Positions 1 to 12,389 of a DNA stretch of 64,000 nucleotides are shown here, one piece after another. The notes under the pieces were generated by a model. It was given only the letters and a program-made list of their open reading frames with translations. It did not search any database and was not told the DNA's origin. The position numbers were made by a program, and so were the translations under genes. This DNA comes from Octopus vulgaris (Eukaryota). Within the stretch, counting starts at the first letter, position 1; each line of letters starts with the position of its first letter. Location: contig OX597815.1 in assembly GCA_951406725.2 (NCBI GenBank), positions 434,001 to 498,000 on the forward strand. The letters are read 5' to 3'.

Positions 1-1701
1 AATGAATTTCTTTTAGCCTTTTTCATTAATAGTCTTTTTTAATTTTTCCATGCAACCTCTCCACGAGTTTTATTTCTTATAGACAATAAGTATTATTCTT
101 TACGTTTATAATCTAGCGATATTCTCAAATAACTTAGCAACGTTCTTTTCTCCTTTTCATTTGGATTTGGGGCGGGGGATTAATATTGAGATGGGATTAA
201 TTTTGTTATTGATATATTCATAGGTGTCTGTTATTTTTAGTTGGGTGTCTTCATATTAGTTTCTCCATAAGTTGTGTTTTTCTCAAATTTTTTTAGTTCA
301 TGTGGCTTTTAGGTTTTTCGTTTTTTCGTATTTCTCATTGATAAAAAAATATTTCACCACTTTCATTGAGTATTTATTCTATTTCTTTGTACAAAGTCTC
401 CACGCAATGAATTTTATAAACGCTTTAACTATCTACTTTCAAAATCAGTTCCTCTTGAATCTTCGCTAAGCTAAGTTTGACTTTTTATCGTTTCTCTATT
501 TCATTTGAATATTGAATCGTTGTGTGTTTGAAATTATTTTTATTGTTTGTTGTAATATTATTATTTATTTATAGTATTTTTTACGTTCAATGTTTAATTG
601 TTATAAAAGATTCTAACGTTTTACATATTATTTAATTTGAGAATTAATATTGTTAGACTATATTTCTTTTAATAATTAGATAATATTTTCATTAAATAGT
701 ATTATTTTTAAATAAACTAGTTTTTATTTTAATATAAAGTTTATGTTTAACTTTTTAATCGTGTGATATATTAAATCTATAGACTTATACATGGATATTA
801 ATATAACGAGTTTATATAATGGATTTGAGTATATTTGTATTATTTCAAATTTTTGATTGTATTATTCATGAATGGTATCGATTGAGTATATTAATTAGAC
901 GCTTATCATATTGATACATTTAAAATCTCGATAGATTAACAGAATCGCTGAACTTAGTAATTTAGTTTGTTTATCAATATTAGTTAGATCTTGTTATTAT
1001 TTTGACTTTGGTCGTTGTTATTATTGTTCTTGTTATTCACTGGTTTTGTAGACGACTGGTGATTGTGATTGGACATCTTCATAGTGAATTGTTCTTTGGT
1101 TCTAATATTTTTGCACCTTTCTTTATTTTGGGGTTGATAGGTTTTCTTACTTTCCATTAACATATTATTCTCTCACTATTATATATATTTATATATATTA
1201 GTTACGATAGACAGACTGGAGCCTGGTGCAGCCCCTGGCTTCCCAGACCCCGGTTGAACCGTCCAACCCATGCTAGCGCGGAAAACGGACGTTAAACAAT
1301 GATGATGATGATAGATATTAATTATTATATCTCTCTCTCTTTTTATTGATATATCATCATCGTCGTTTAACGTCCGTTCTCCATGCTAGCATATATATAT
1401 ATAGGTGGCTTATGTATTTGTAATATTAAATTAAATAAATTGATATTAAGTTTTGATTAGGTATTATATTATTTGATATTTAGTCAACTTTGTTATAGAT
1501 TGTTATATTAAATCTATAGATACTACACATGTATAATATTTATTATATGGTTAGCTTATTTAAGGAGTTTGTCTATATTTGAACCATTTCTTATTTTGAT
1601 TACAATTTAATGACTTGTAATAGCTTTGTGTATTTTATTTAATTTTAAAGTATTTAATTATTTAAGTATTATTTTATTTTTCACTTATGTATATTTAGGA
1701 T

Positions 1702-1737
<36 letters not shown>

Positions 1738-2133
1738 GTATATTTATTAATTAATTATTTTATTGTTCTAGTTTATTTTTAACCTGATGAACGACTACAT
1801 TTATATCGAAGTGATTTCTCTCCTACTATAATCATTTCTTAAATATAGCCATGAAACACGTGTCATTTTTCTACCTATTATATACATTTTTATTATTAAT
1901 TTTGCAATTTACTTAATCTTTGACATTTTATTGTTATTTTAATTTTAATTTTTCTATTATATGTAGTTTTCTAGATGGTGTAATTTAATTGTTCATTTTG
2001 AATCGATAAAAGGTGGGTTTTTTTCTAATTTTTTATATATGTATATTATATAGTGTAAAATTTGATTTAGTATTTCTAAATTGAATTTTTTTTTTTCCTT
2101 GTAAGTTTGGATTTTATTCCCTCAAATAATAAT

Positions 2134-2140
<7 letters not shown>
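1..2140. mobile_element. Decayed AT-rich Penelope-like region (possible N-terminal ORF remnant on minus strand plus pLTR-like repeat)
   Basis: Minus-strand fragments such as IQEELILKV...FIKFIAWRL near 390-470; hammerhead at 1781; 1870-2135 recurs inverted or folded back at 10660-10750 and 11108-11417. Confidence 0.4.
1781..1868 (+). ncRNA. Degenerate hammerhead motif in a Penelope-like repeat
   Basis: AAC-CTGATGA...long stem II (gactacattta/taaatatagcc)...GAAA-CACGTG-TC-att. Palindromic stem III; stem I broken (aac/att, probably CpG decay of gtt). Confidence 0.6.
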
Positions 2141-2181
<41 letters not shown>

Positions 2182-2959
2182 CCTTTGGAGATATGCTGTG
2201 TTTGAGAAGACCCAGCAAGCCACGTGAGACCGTAACCGTGCCCTATGCCAGTGCTATATAACCAGTCCATTTAAGAGTACCCTTCAGTCATTGGGCAATA
2301 AACTGTGCTTGAGAAGACCTGCTGAGTCAAGTGGGTCGATGCCAGTACCGCCTGTCTTGTCTCATGTTGGTGACATATAAAAGCACCCACTACACTCTCA
2401 GAGTGGTTGGTATTAGGAAGGGCATCCAGCAGTAGAAACCTTGCCAGATCAGATTGGAGCCTGGTGCAGTCTTCTGGCTTGCCAGTCCTCAGTCAAACTG
2501 TCCAACCCATGCCAGCATGGAAAGCAGACTTTAAACGATGGTGATGATGATGATGATGATATACATACATATATACATGCAAAAATATATATATATATAT
2601 ATACACATACATTAGTATACACACACTGTGTCCCACATTATTAGGCAAATCAAGACTGTCGAATAATCTTTACCCTTAAATTTATGCTTTTCTGCTGTTT
2701 ATTATTCTAAATATATATCCATATAATTCTAAACAGGTTGACTATCATTTTAATCGATTCACTATACACGTAAACTGATTCCGTCAATATTCATTGCTTT
2801 TATATAACATTGGAGTTTAACAATGCATTAATAATGAAGACAACAACTCAGGATACAGGTACACATGTATAGCTGTGTGTGTGTGTGTGTGTGTGTAGGC
2901 ACAATGGATAGTGTGTGTAACGTGCATTCTGTGATTAATAATTGCAGCTGTTGATTTAC

Positions 2960-3175
2960 CTGTGGTGCCTGATGTGTAGATATAACAGAACAAAGACGAC
3001 ATGTGTAATGGCTTCCTTAAAGAGGGATCTACCATTGCATCTGAAGACAATTCCAAAACATCATCAAATGACAAAAAGTCTGGCAAAATACAGGATTTCG
3101 TTGAAGTTGATACGACATAGACTGGGATGTGGAATTCAGGTTGGATTTCTTTCATGTTGTTTTGAATATCAATAT
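2960..3175 (-). CDS. SLC27A/FATP coding exon 3 (AMP-binding P-loop)
   Basis: Acceptor ttccattttttacag|AT, donor ACCACAG|GTAAAT, 216 nt, phase 1-1. Reads (D)IDIQNNMKEIQPEFHIPVYVVS...LRKPLHMSSLFCYIYTSGTT(G); YTSGTTG is the adenylate-forming enzyme signature. No downstream LPK exon is visible in 1-2959, so the gene continues beyond the window. Confidence 0.93.
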
Positions 3176-4178
3176 CTGTAAAAAATGGAAAGAAAAAGAA
3201 AAAAAATGATGTTTGGTGAAATATTGTTTTGGCACAAGGCCAGCAGTTTTGTAGGAGGGTGTAAATTGATTTTGTTGACCCCAGTGTACAACTGGTACTT
3301 ATTCTATTGACCCTGTAAGGAAAGGCAAAGCTGATCTTGGCGAAATTTGGACTCCAAACTCCAAGACAGATGAAATGGCACAAAACATACAAATAATTCT
3401 GTCAGCTGAGCAGCTGAAATGTTTGGTGAAATATTCTAAAAGAGTTGTTCTGCTTTGAAGTGACATCCGTAAATACTTTAGACTCCACAGACAGGAACAA
3501 TTGAAACAAAGCATTGAAAGATTAAACGAGTCAGCACTTCATCTTCAGGTTCCAGGGACAGAGAAAGACATTTTAAAATTTACTTTTATTTTTTAACAAT
3601 TTTATTGCAAATATGCATAAACTAGTGGAGTAGAAAGAAGAACCAACCACCAACACTGTTGCCCCAGGAGGGGTAGCAGTGAGTGTAAGAGGGAAATTCT
3701 ATGCAGTTACTCAAACTGCTAGAAATAGCAGCCAAACAGCCATCAAATTATATCCTAACATCACAAAAAAACCAATGACATACGGATCATTGAAGTCTTA
3801 GACATAATACAGGATTGTCAAAGAGTGGAATGCCATGGATGGCTGGATTCCTGAATCAGAAATGACTATAGAATGAACTCTGGCATTGCCGCTACTGCCA
3901 GACTTGTGCTCATTGTCACCATCATTGATGTCTGCAGGGGAATCTGGTTGTGTCTATGGATGGTCATTATACCAATAAAAATTAAAATACACGTACTAGA
4001 TCAATACCACTTCTTTATTTCACCAATTAACTGTCCAACAGTTTGTTTACTGTATTGATTGAACAATCAATTAGTCGTTAGTTTTTTCAGTCAAAGTCAT
4101 TTCGTTGCTATTCACAACTTCATCAATAACATGCTCTCACTCTTCAAGGTCAGCTTTGAGTCAGTCTGAGAATTAGTC

Positions 4179-4218
<40 letters not shown>

Positions 4219-4231
4219 TGGTGTTCTATCA

Positions 4232-4900
4232 TCATTATCATTTAACGTCCGTTGTCCATGATGGCATGGGTTGGACAGTTTGGCCAGAGCTGGTTAGCTA
4301 CACTAGGCTCCAGTCTGATTTGGCAGGGTTGCTATGGCTGGAAGCTTTCATGTGGCACTGCACAGGCGTTTTTACATGGTGCAGCACAGGTACTTTTATG
4401 TGGCATTGCCATGAATGCTTTACACCACAGGAAGGACCAGTCTTAACATTTCTGCTGTGGAGTATGAGTCTTCTTCAGAATGGCAAGGCATCAGGCATCT
4501 TCGTCTTTTGTCATCTCACCTAAAAAGTTCAGCATCCTGAGGTTGTTCTTCAATACTTCGTTCCATGTCTTGCTAGGTCTCCCACTTCCATATATTCCAT
4601 CTACTTGGAGAGATTGGCACTTTTTCATGGCTCTGTCAGCATCCACCCACATCACATAACCAAACCAATTGCAGTCTTCTCTCTTGCACACAGCAACTAA
4701 TTCCTCTTATGCCTAACTTCTGTCTGAGAACATTGGCACTCTGTCGAACATGTACACGTACATTACACCTCCAGTGGAGCATACTGACCTCATTCCCCCC
4801 TAACCTTTGCCTGTTCTCTGCATTCAGGGCCCACGCCTCCCTATCACATGTATATTTTCTATTTAGTGTTGGCATTGTCTCATTTATGAGAACAGACTTA
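4232..4900 (-). mobile_element. RTE LINE 3' end
   Basis: EAWALNAENRQRL...NEVSMLHWRCNV...WFGYV...GSGRPSKTWNEV plus 3'UTR ending GGACGTTAAATGATAATGAT. Confidence 0.85.
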
Positions 4901-5298
4901 TGGATCTGTCTTAGCAAGGAGTTGCACAAGTATTTACACATGATTTTCATTCCAACTTAATTCAGCATGCCACTCTCTTCATCTTGGACGACATGGTCGT
5001 AGAGTATTGACAACTGCTTCCTCTCCTCAAACTCCAAGTTGTGCTCATTTAGTCTCCCAGCCAAACTCCTAAAAGTCCTTCCCAATGTATGTCATATTCC
5101 ATTTCCTACAATCCCCACTCCATGCATTTCATTTGCTAGACTACATTTCTGGTCTTACAGTTAATGCTACGCTTAAAAGAGCACCAAATGCAGTTCCTGT
5201 CTGTACCTGTGGTCTTGTCACAGTTGCACGTCTTATTTAACTGTCTTCTACATGGCTCTTGAGAGGGTTAAGCTGCTTTTAGGGAAATATATACTTAC

Positions 5299-5409
5299 CA
5301 CTATCAATAATGACAATCTTTGGATGGCTGATTTTCAAATTATGAACAAGGCCACTACTTCGAAGATTGTAGTTCAATAAGGAAGGAATGGCACCAATTT
5401 TGGTAAGAC
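5299..5409 (-). CDS. SLC27A/FATP coding exon 2
   Basis: Not in the ORF track. Acceptor tattttgacag|GT, donor AGTG|GTAAGT, 111 nt, phase 1-1. Reads (G)LTKIGAIPSLLNYNLRSSGLVHNLKISHPKIVIIDS, matching the FATP GLxKIG...LNxNLR...L.H motif and in frame with the previous exon. Confidence 0.92.
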
Positions 5410-5459
5410 CTGTCAAAATAAATAATCAAATCAATTTAAAATTAAAAGCTAACTAAACA

Positions 5460-5528
<69 letters not shown>

Positions 5529-5617
5529 TTATATATATATATATATATATAGTTATATAATTTTAGTTTGTCATGTATTTATATTGGATGTAAATAGCAA
5601 AATAAGTTTATATAATC

Positions 5618-5724
5618 TAGACCTGAAGATTGGCAATATATTCAATTTAATATGGTATTGTATTTCAAGACCTTCTATTTCAGCAATATCAAGGAATATG
5701 TTGTCATGAAATGTGTGTAGTCTA
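5618..5724 (+). ncRNA. Hammerhead ribozyme motif with extended stem II
   Basis: TAGAC-CTGAAGA-t-tggcaatatatt...aatatgttgtca-t-GAAA-tgtgtg-TA-GTCTA. Perfect stem I TAGAC/GTCTA; stem III looks like CpG-decayed ACGCGCGT. Confidence 0.7.
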
Positions 5725-7059
5725 TATAATGTAATGTATATGATTTAGAATAAGAATTGTAGGCACTAATTTTGATAATTTTTTAATATTTAGTCCTATA
5801 TGTACATAATGTTGTTCAATGATGATTGAGTTGCTTGAGGGTGATTCTGTCTCTTAAACCTATCTATATATTTATATAATACAGTGAGTAATTCATTTTA
5901 GTACCACTAAACTGAACTTCTCTTCCCTGTGGACTCGGAAATAACTTCCCTAATATTAATATATGTATATATATTGCCAGAGCAACAAGCTGGCCTCCGT
6001 GACGGTGGCACATTAAAAACACCATTCGGGCATGATCGTTACCTGCATCGCCTTACTAGCACGTGAAAAAACATTCAAACGAGGTCGTTGCCAATACCGC
6101 CTGACTGGCCCTCGTGCCGGTGGCCCGCAAAAGCACCCACTACACTTTTGGAGTGGTTGGCATTAGGAAGGGCATCCAGCTGTAGAAACCTTGCCAGATA
6201 AGATTGGAGCTTGGTGCAGCCATCTGGTTCGCCAGTCCTCAGTCAAATCATCCAACCCATGCTAGCATGGAAAGCAGACGTTAAACGATAATGATGATGA
6301 TGCTGATATATATAAAAACATATGAAATCCTTGATACAGTTAGATATATTTGAAAAAGAAAAAGAATGACTTCTTCATTAGTAGTTCTAATTAATTTAAC
6401 TTTCTAATAATATACAAGTTAATTTTACAGTTTGGTTTGTAGATCTAGTATGTTCTATGTTAACTTTGGCAGAAAGATTTTTTAAAGATTCCCTGTTAAC
6501 TTTTGTGGAGAACTTTCTCCCATTCATCAGTGGTGGTTGTCAAACTGATCTTCAGGTTGAGTTGCGTTGTGTGATTCTGCACATCAAAGAGATTTGGGTA
6601 TGTCTGGGGTAGAGATGGGGTTTGTTAATAAGTGTGAGAGTGAAGGAGTGTTGATGAATCAGAGCTGAAAGAAAATAGTAAATGGTAAAAACAAGGATCG
6701 AGGGGAGGGTGGAGTTGGGAGGTGGTAGGTTGTTTATGAAGGGCTTGTGAAAGTGTCCTCCTGTTGGTTCCATTTGAATAGTTGACCTTTGCTGGAAAAT
6801 ATAATAGTCAGATGCTTTTCAAATTCTTTTATGGCTGAATCACCTATCTTAATTCTCTTCTTATATATAGAATCACACAGCACAACACAACGTGAAGATC
6901 AGTTTGACAAATGCCACCGACAAATGCAAGGAAGCTCACCAGAAAAATCTCTTCACCGAAGTTAACAAAGAACTTACAAGATCTACAAACCAAACTGTAA
7001 AATAAACTTATATTATCAGAACTAGCAGCGGGCGCAGGGCCAGCAAAGAAAGTTTTGTT

Positions 7060-7605
7060 TGGAGACAGAAGCACAAAAATAATGGTAATAAGGATTAAAC
7101 AGACCGAGAAACGAGTAATTATCCTAATGAAATTACATGAGAGATAAAATTATATTTTTTGAGGGGACATTTTCAATGGTTAGCTCATGAAAACAAGCTG
7201 TTGATAAACAATACATTTAAAGTGTTAATGGCAAATGAAGTACAAAGGATGGGAAAAAAATGAGAAATCTTAGCTTAGCATTGCAACATCGTTTATGGAA
7301 GGGAAACAAATGAGATGAGAGTTTTTAAACATATAAACTGCGACTGGAAGCGAGTCTAGTTTGGGGACAGAGGGATGAAAATAATGGTGATAAGGATTAG
7401 ATTGAACAGACTGAGAAACGAGTAATTATCCTAATGAAATTACATGAAAGATAAAATTATATTTTTTGAAGGGACATTTTCAATGGTTAGCTCATGAAAA
7501 CACCGCAAACAAGCAAAGTTTTGTTTGGGGACAAAAGGACGAAAATAATGGTAATAAGAATGAGATTAAACAGACTGAGAAATGAGTAATTATCTTAAAG
7601 AAATT
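7060..7605 (+). repeat. Local imperfect tandem triplication
   Basis: GAAAATAATGGTAATAAG...CAGACTGAGAAACGAGTAATTATCCTAATGAAATTAC...CAATGGTTAGCTCATGAAAACA at ~7075-7195 and 7377-7502, partial at 7541-7605. Confidence 0.8.
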
Positions 7606-7913
7606 ATATATATAATAATATTTGGGAAGTTATTTCCGAGTCCACAGGAGAGAGAAGTTCAATTTAGCGGTATTAAAATGAATTTCTCCATAACCAATTT
7701 AATTGCTAGTTTGAAACCAACAATTAACTTTAGTTATTTTATTATTATAATAATAAATATTTGGGAAGTTATTTCCAAGTCCACAGGGGAGAGAAGTTCA
7801 ACTTTTGTTCATTATTTACTAAAGTAAAATTATTCCAACAACTTCTAATTGTATAATTTTAGATTGTCATGTCTTAATATATGATGTAAACAGCAAAATA
7901 GGTTCATATAAGA

Positions 7914-8018
7914 TAGACCTGATGATTGGCAATATAATCATTTTAATATGGTATTGTATAGAGAAATTCTATCTCAACAATATCAAGGAATATGTTGTCA
8001 TGAAATGTGCGTAGTCTA
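7914..8018 (+). ncRNA. Hammerhead ribozyme motif (second copy of the 5618 family)
   Basis: TAGAC-CTGATGA-ttggcaatata...aatatgttgtcat-GAAA-tgtgcg-TA-GTCTA, within a ~250-bp repeat (7840-8085) homologous to 5553-5790. Confidence 0.72.
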
Positions 8019-8092
8019 GCTAATGTAAAGTATATGATTTGTAATAAGAATTGAAGGTGTTAATTTTGATAATTTTAATATTTATATACATA

Positions 8093-8728
8093 CTAGCAGT
8101 ATCGCCCGGCGTTGCTCGGGTTTGTAAGGGAAATAACTATATAAGCATTTTTTGAGAGTTATAGCCAAAAAATAGCAAAAAATGCATTAAAAATGGAAAA
8201 AATATGATGGTAAATTTTTTTTTAAATCGTTTGACTCATTGTAGACATTTTTAGAGAGTTACTTCCCTTATATAATAGCGAAAAAATGCATTAAAATGGA
8301 AAAAACGATGGTAAAATTTTTTTTAAATCGTAGACTCATGTAGACGCTTTCTTAGCCATTTCTGTTTTGGTGTCTTCAAGCCATGAAGTCGTTGTTCTAA
8401 AAGAACACTGGTCTCCTTGACAACGCATTACGACGTTGATTTCCTTACACTCCCTTCCCCACAGGTGCAGGTGTGAGCGTGGACGCCAACTCCGCCGCCA
8501 TCGACACACGAAAAATTATGCATTAAAATGGAATAAAAAATGATGTTAAATTATTTTTAAAATCGTAGACTCATCGTAGACGCGCGCTAATATTCAGACG
8601 GGCTCGATATGAATCACGACTATAAGCTACCCGAATTTGGTTAAACTGTACCGCAAAATGTGGGAGTAGTTAGGAATCTAAATCGAAGGGGACAGACACT
8701 CACACAACTACAGTTTTATATATATAGA
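8093..8728 (-). mobile_element. Non-autonomous Helitron
   Basis: On minus strand starts A|TCTATATATATAAAACTG and ends CCCGAGCAACGCCGGG hairpin + CGATACTGCTAG|T: 5' TC, 3' hairpin + CTAG, inserted in AT, no TSD. Three internal ~65-bp direct repeats (about 8177, 8281, 8515). Confidence 0.8.
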
Positions 8729-8739
8729 TATACATAGCG

Positions 8740-9105
8740 CAGTAGTGGTGAGATATGACAGCAAAGAAAAGCATACATTCACTCTCTGCATGCAATTAGA
8801 CTCGGAAAGTTCGTGAGGAACCCATTGACCCAATTTGCTGACTTTTCCGATAGCACACAGGTCTCAATGAATGGTTGAATGACCAAATCCAAGCTTCTCT
8901 GCTAGTTCCTCAACAGTTACGATGATATTTTGTTCCACCAGGGTTTTCAGGATGTCCTTATCGAGTTCTACAGATCTTTCAGGATGAGGCTCGTCTTCTA
9001 GGCTGTAGTTTATGGCTCGGGATTTCTGGAACCACCATTGACACTGCTTTACGTTTATTGTCCAATCCCCATATACTGCATTAATATTTCTTGTACTTTG
9101 CACAC
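8740..9105 (-). mobile_element. Mariner transposase fragment
   Basis: RNINAVYGDWTINVKQCQWWFQK...SLEDEPHPERSVELD...TVEELAEKLGFGHSTIH followed by LCAIGKVSKLGQWVPHELS (HTH domain and WVPHEL motif). Confidence 0.88.
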
Positions 9106-9165
9106 ATTTATATTCTGTTATTGTTTTATATGTTTCAGCCTTGAGGTTGTGGCCATGCTGGATCA

Positions 9166-9197
<32 letters not shown>

Positions 9198-9310
9198 TGT
9201 GTCTATCTGTCTGTCTGTCTGTATGTATATATGTATATGTATGTGTGTGAACAATAATATTTTCAACAGATGTGTTGCAAATGTATCTGATTGTTCTCAA
9301 GCTTCAATAC

Positions 9311-9408
9311 TGTGTGTGTGTGTATGTGTATGTATGTATGTATATGTATGTATGTATGTATATGTATGTATGTATGTATACGTATGTATGTATGTGTGTG
9401 TGTATGTA

Positions 9409-9439
<31 letters not shown>

Positions 9440-9602
9440 GTGTGTATGTATGTGTGTGTGTATGTGTGTGTGTGTATGTATGTATGTATGTATGTATGTA
9501 TGTATGTATGTATGTATGTATGTATGTATGTATGTATGTATGTATGTATGTATGTATGTATGTATGTATGTATGTATGTATGTATGTATGTATGTATGTA
9601 TG
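9311..9602. repeat. (TATG)n/(TG)n microsatellite
   Basis: Direct reading. Confidence 0.97.
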
Positions 9603-10087
9603 AGTGTATGTTTACTTTATTACTAATTACTCTCTTCCAAGAACATTTTCACTCACTCTTAGCTCTTAGCCCATACATTTTACTCATGTATCTATCAGCG
9701 TCATAGACAGAATACTTTCACTTTAGTCTTCCTCAAATCACTGTCGCTATTTACTTTCATTTTATTCGTTGCCCACTGTGTGTGTGCGTTTGCGTGTGGT
9801 GTAAACCAGACTAAGAAAAGCATTTGACACACACACCAGAATGTGAGTTTTCTGTAAATTTTGCTTAATTGGAGTTTAAATTTTAAAAACTGGACCTGGC
9901 ATGACGCGATGCATTGTACTCTCAAAAATGCCAGGTAAATTGTAATTGAAGAAATCCTATATTGTAGATTTGTATAACTCCCAAAGGGAGGCAGATAAAA
10001 TCTGCCTTTTATAATAAGAGATGTACATATTGTGGATAATGTCATTCAATGATAATTTAGTTGCTTGAGGTGATTCGGTCTTTTAAA

Positions 10088-10132
<45 letters not shown>

Positions 10133-10219
10133 GAATAAATTATTCCAACCTTACAGGTAAAATTCAGTATAATAATAATAGACTGAATTTCATGATATAA
10201 TATATATATATATATATAA

Positions 10220-10645
10220 TCATCAATATCCATCATTTTAAATCCAGGTTTTGTCCCCATTAATGAGGGTGGCCGGATCTACCTCAACGCCATAGCAACC
10301 ACCCCTCCACCATCATGCCATCTTGCCTGGTTTTGGGCATCCTCCCTTCTCAAGCCAGCCCTCCCAATCTCCTCCTCCTCCACCTGTCCCCTCCACATTC
10401 TCCTCCGGCTACCCCACTTCCGCTGACCATTCACCTCAAACTCTAGCATCCTCTTCAGAACAGGCTCCTCATCCCTCCTCAACACATGCCCATACCACCA
10501 CCACTCCACTCACCCTTGCCAGCTGTTCCACTGATTCCTCCAACCTCAGCATCCCCATCAAGTCCTCAGTCCTTCTCCTCTTATCAAACAGCCTCACGTC
10601 ACACATTTCTCTCACCATTGCTCTCTCAGTCATTCTCAAAATTGC
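10220..10645 (-). mobile_element. RTE LINE 3' end (different family)
   Basis: WYGHVLRRDEEPVLKRMLEFEVNGQRKWGSRRRMW...EDAQNQARW with a (GAT)-rich tail. Confidence 0.8.
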
Positions 10646-10808
10646 CATTTATATATATATAATAATAATTATTTGAGGGAATATTAATCCAAACTTACAG
10701 GGAAAAAAATTCAATTTAGAAATACTAAATCAAATTTCACACAATATAATATATATATATATATATATACATCTTTTTTTCTTTTTTTCTTCCTGTCTTC
10801 TCAGGATC

Positions 10809-10841
10809 TTTCCGACGAAGAGCTCCGCTCGAAACGTTAAA
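10809..10841 (+). ncRNA. Minimal hammerhead variant (CCGACGA core)
   Basis: TTT-CCGACGA-A-GAGC-tcc-GCTC-GAAACGTT-AAA; U4 replaced by C. Lies in a short repeat (10790-10946) whose 3' part recurs at 55411-55507. Confidence 0.5.
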
Positions 10842-10942
10842 CCCTCCTTCTTCCCTTAGCATCCAATAATACTTTATTTGTTCCACGTCCTCGCGTTGCT
10901 GTGTTTTTTTGTGTTTTCGCTTTTGTGTTTTCTTGTTTGGAT

Positions 10943-11007
<65 letters not shown>

Positions 11008-12389
11008 AATAGTAAAAAGTGAAAAAACTACTTTACTATTTTCTATATATTCAACCGCGTGCTTTCACAAACCAATTTTCTTATCTATCTATATATATAT
11101 ATATATATAATTAGAAAAAAACCCACCTTTTATCAATTCAAAATGAATAATTAAATTACACCATCTAGAAAATTACATATAATAGAAATATTAAAATTAA
11201 AATAATAAAATATCAATGATTAAGTAAATTGCAAAAAAATTAAATAAAAACATATATAATTGGTAGAATTATATACGTTTTTATTAATTTTTTTGCAATT
11301 TACTTAATTATTGTTATTTTATTATTTTAATTTTAATATTTCTATTATATGTAATTTTCTAGATGGTGTAATTTAATTATTCATTTTGAATTGATAAAAG
11401 GTGGGTTTTGTCTAATTTATATATATATATTTATACACACACACACACATAGTAGAATATATACACACACATAGAATCTATAGTGCTCTCTCTCTCTCTC
11501 TTTCAGTATATATACTTATATACGTATAATCATCTTTTCATGTGTTGAAGTTTGTTTGAGAGGCGCTGGTCAGCCAGAGAACAGCACTGGGCTCCAGTTG
11601 TCTGTTCTGGCCTGGTTTCTGTGGCTGAACACCCTTCCTAATGCTAACCGCTTTACAGGGTGTGGACTGGGTGCTTTTTATGTAACACCAGCACCAATGG
11701 GATCACTAAATAGCTTAAGACCCCTCAGCTGGGAGATTGAGTGGTATTGAGGGGGGTGACTGTCAGTTGATGAGGGGTTAAAGTATAAAAGAGAGATAGA
11801 GATATGTCTTGCTATACATAGAAGATACTTTATTCTGGGATAAAAGGGAAGGAGAGGTAGAGAGAGAGAGAGACTGAAATAGATGATGTTGGAAATATAT
11901 CCATGGGACCTATCCATAGGGAACAGTGGGGGTGGGGAGTATAAGTGGTACAGAGGGGATAGAGGGTGAGGGAAATGTTGAGAGAAGAAGAGGGGACTGT
12001 GATGGTGAGAGAAATTGGAGCAGATGGGGGTGGGGTGCTATGGTAAATATGAGGGGTCATGGACAGGCTGCAAAGAGGTATGTGAGGGAGAGTGGCAGGG
12101 CCTGCAGTGAGTGGTGGTCATGTGTGGGGGAAGCATGGCTTCACACACACACACAAATATATGCATTGTGTTAAAATCAGTTTCACACACTCAACCCTTG
12201 TAAAGTGATTTTGATGTTGTAGTTACAATAACTGAAGGGTTACCACAAGACACAGCAGCAGTCGAGTCCTGTAGGGGACATTATGTTTCTTCCATCTTCT
12301 ATGAGATATATGAGAGAGAGAAAGAGGTATAGGCAGGTGTGCTTGATTAGTTTGTTTGTTTGGCTGAAGGAGGAGACAATCCTCTTGGC

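Noticed and set aside
2817-3392. 191-aa ORF as a complete gene
   Set aside because: Only 3175-2960 is exon; the flanks are intron, including a SINE fragment and a (CA)n tract.
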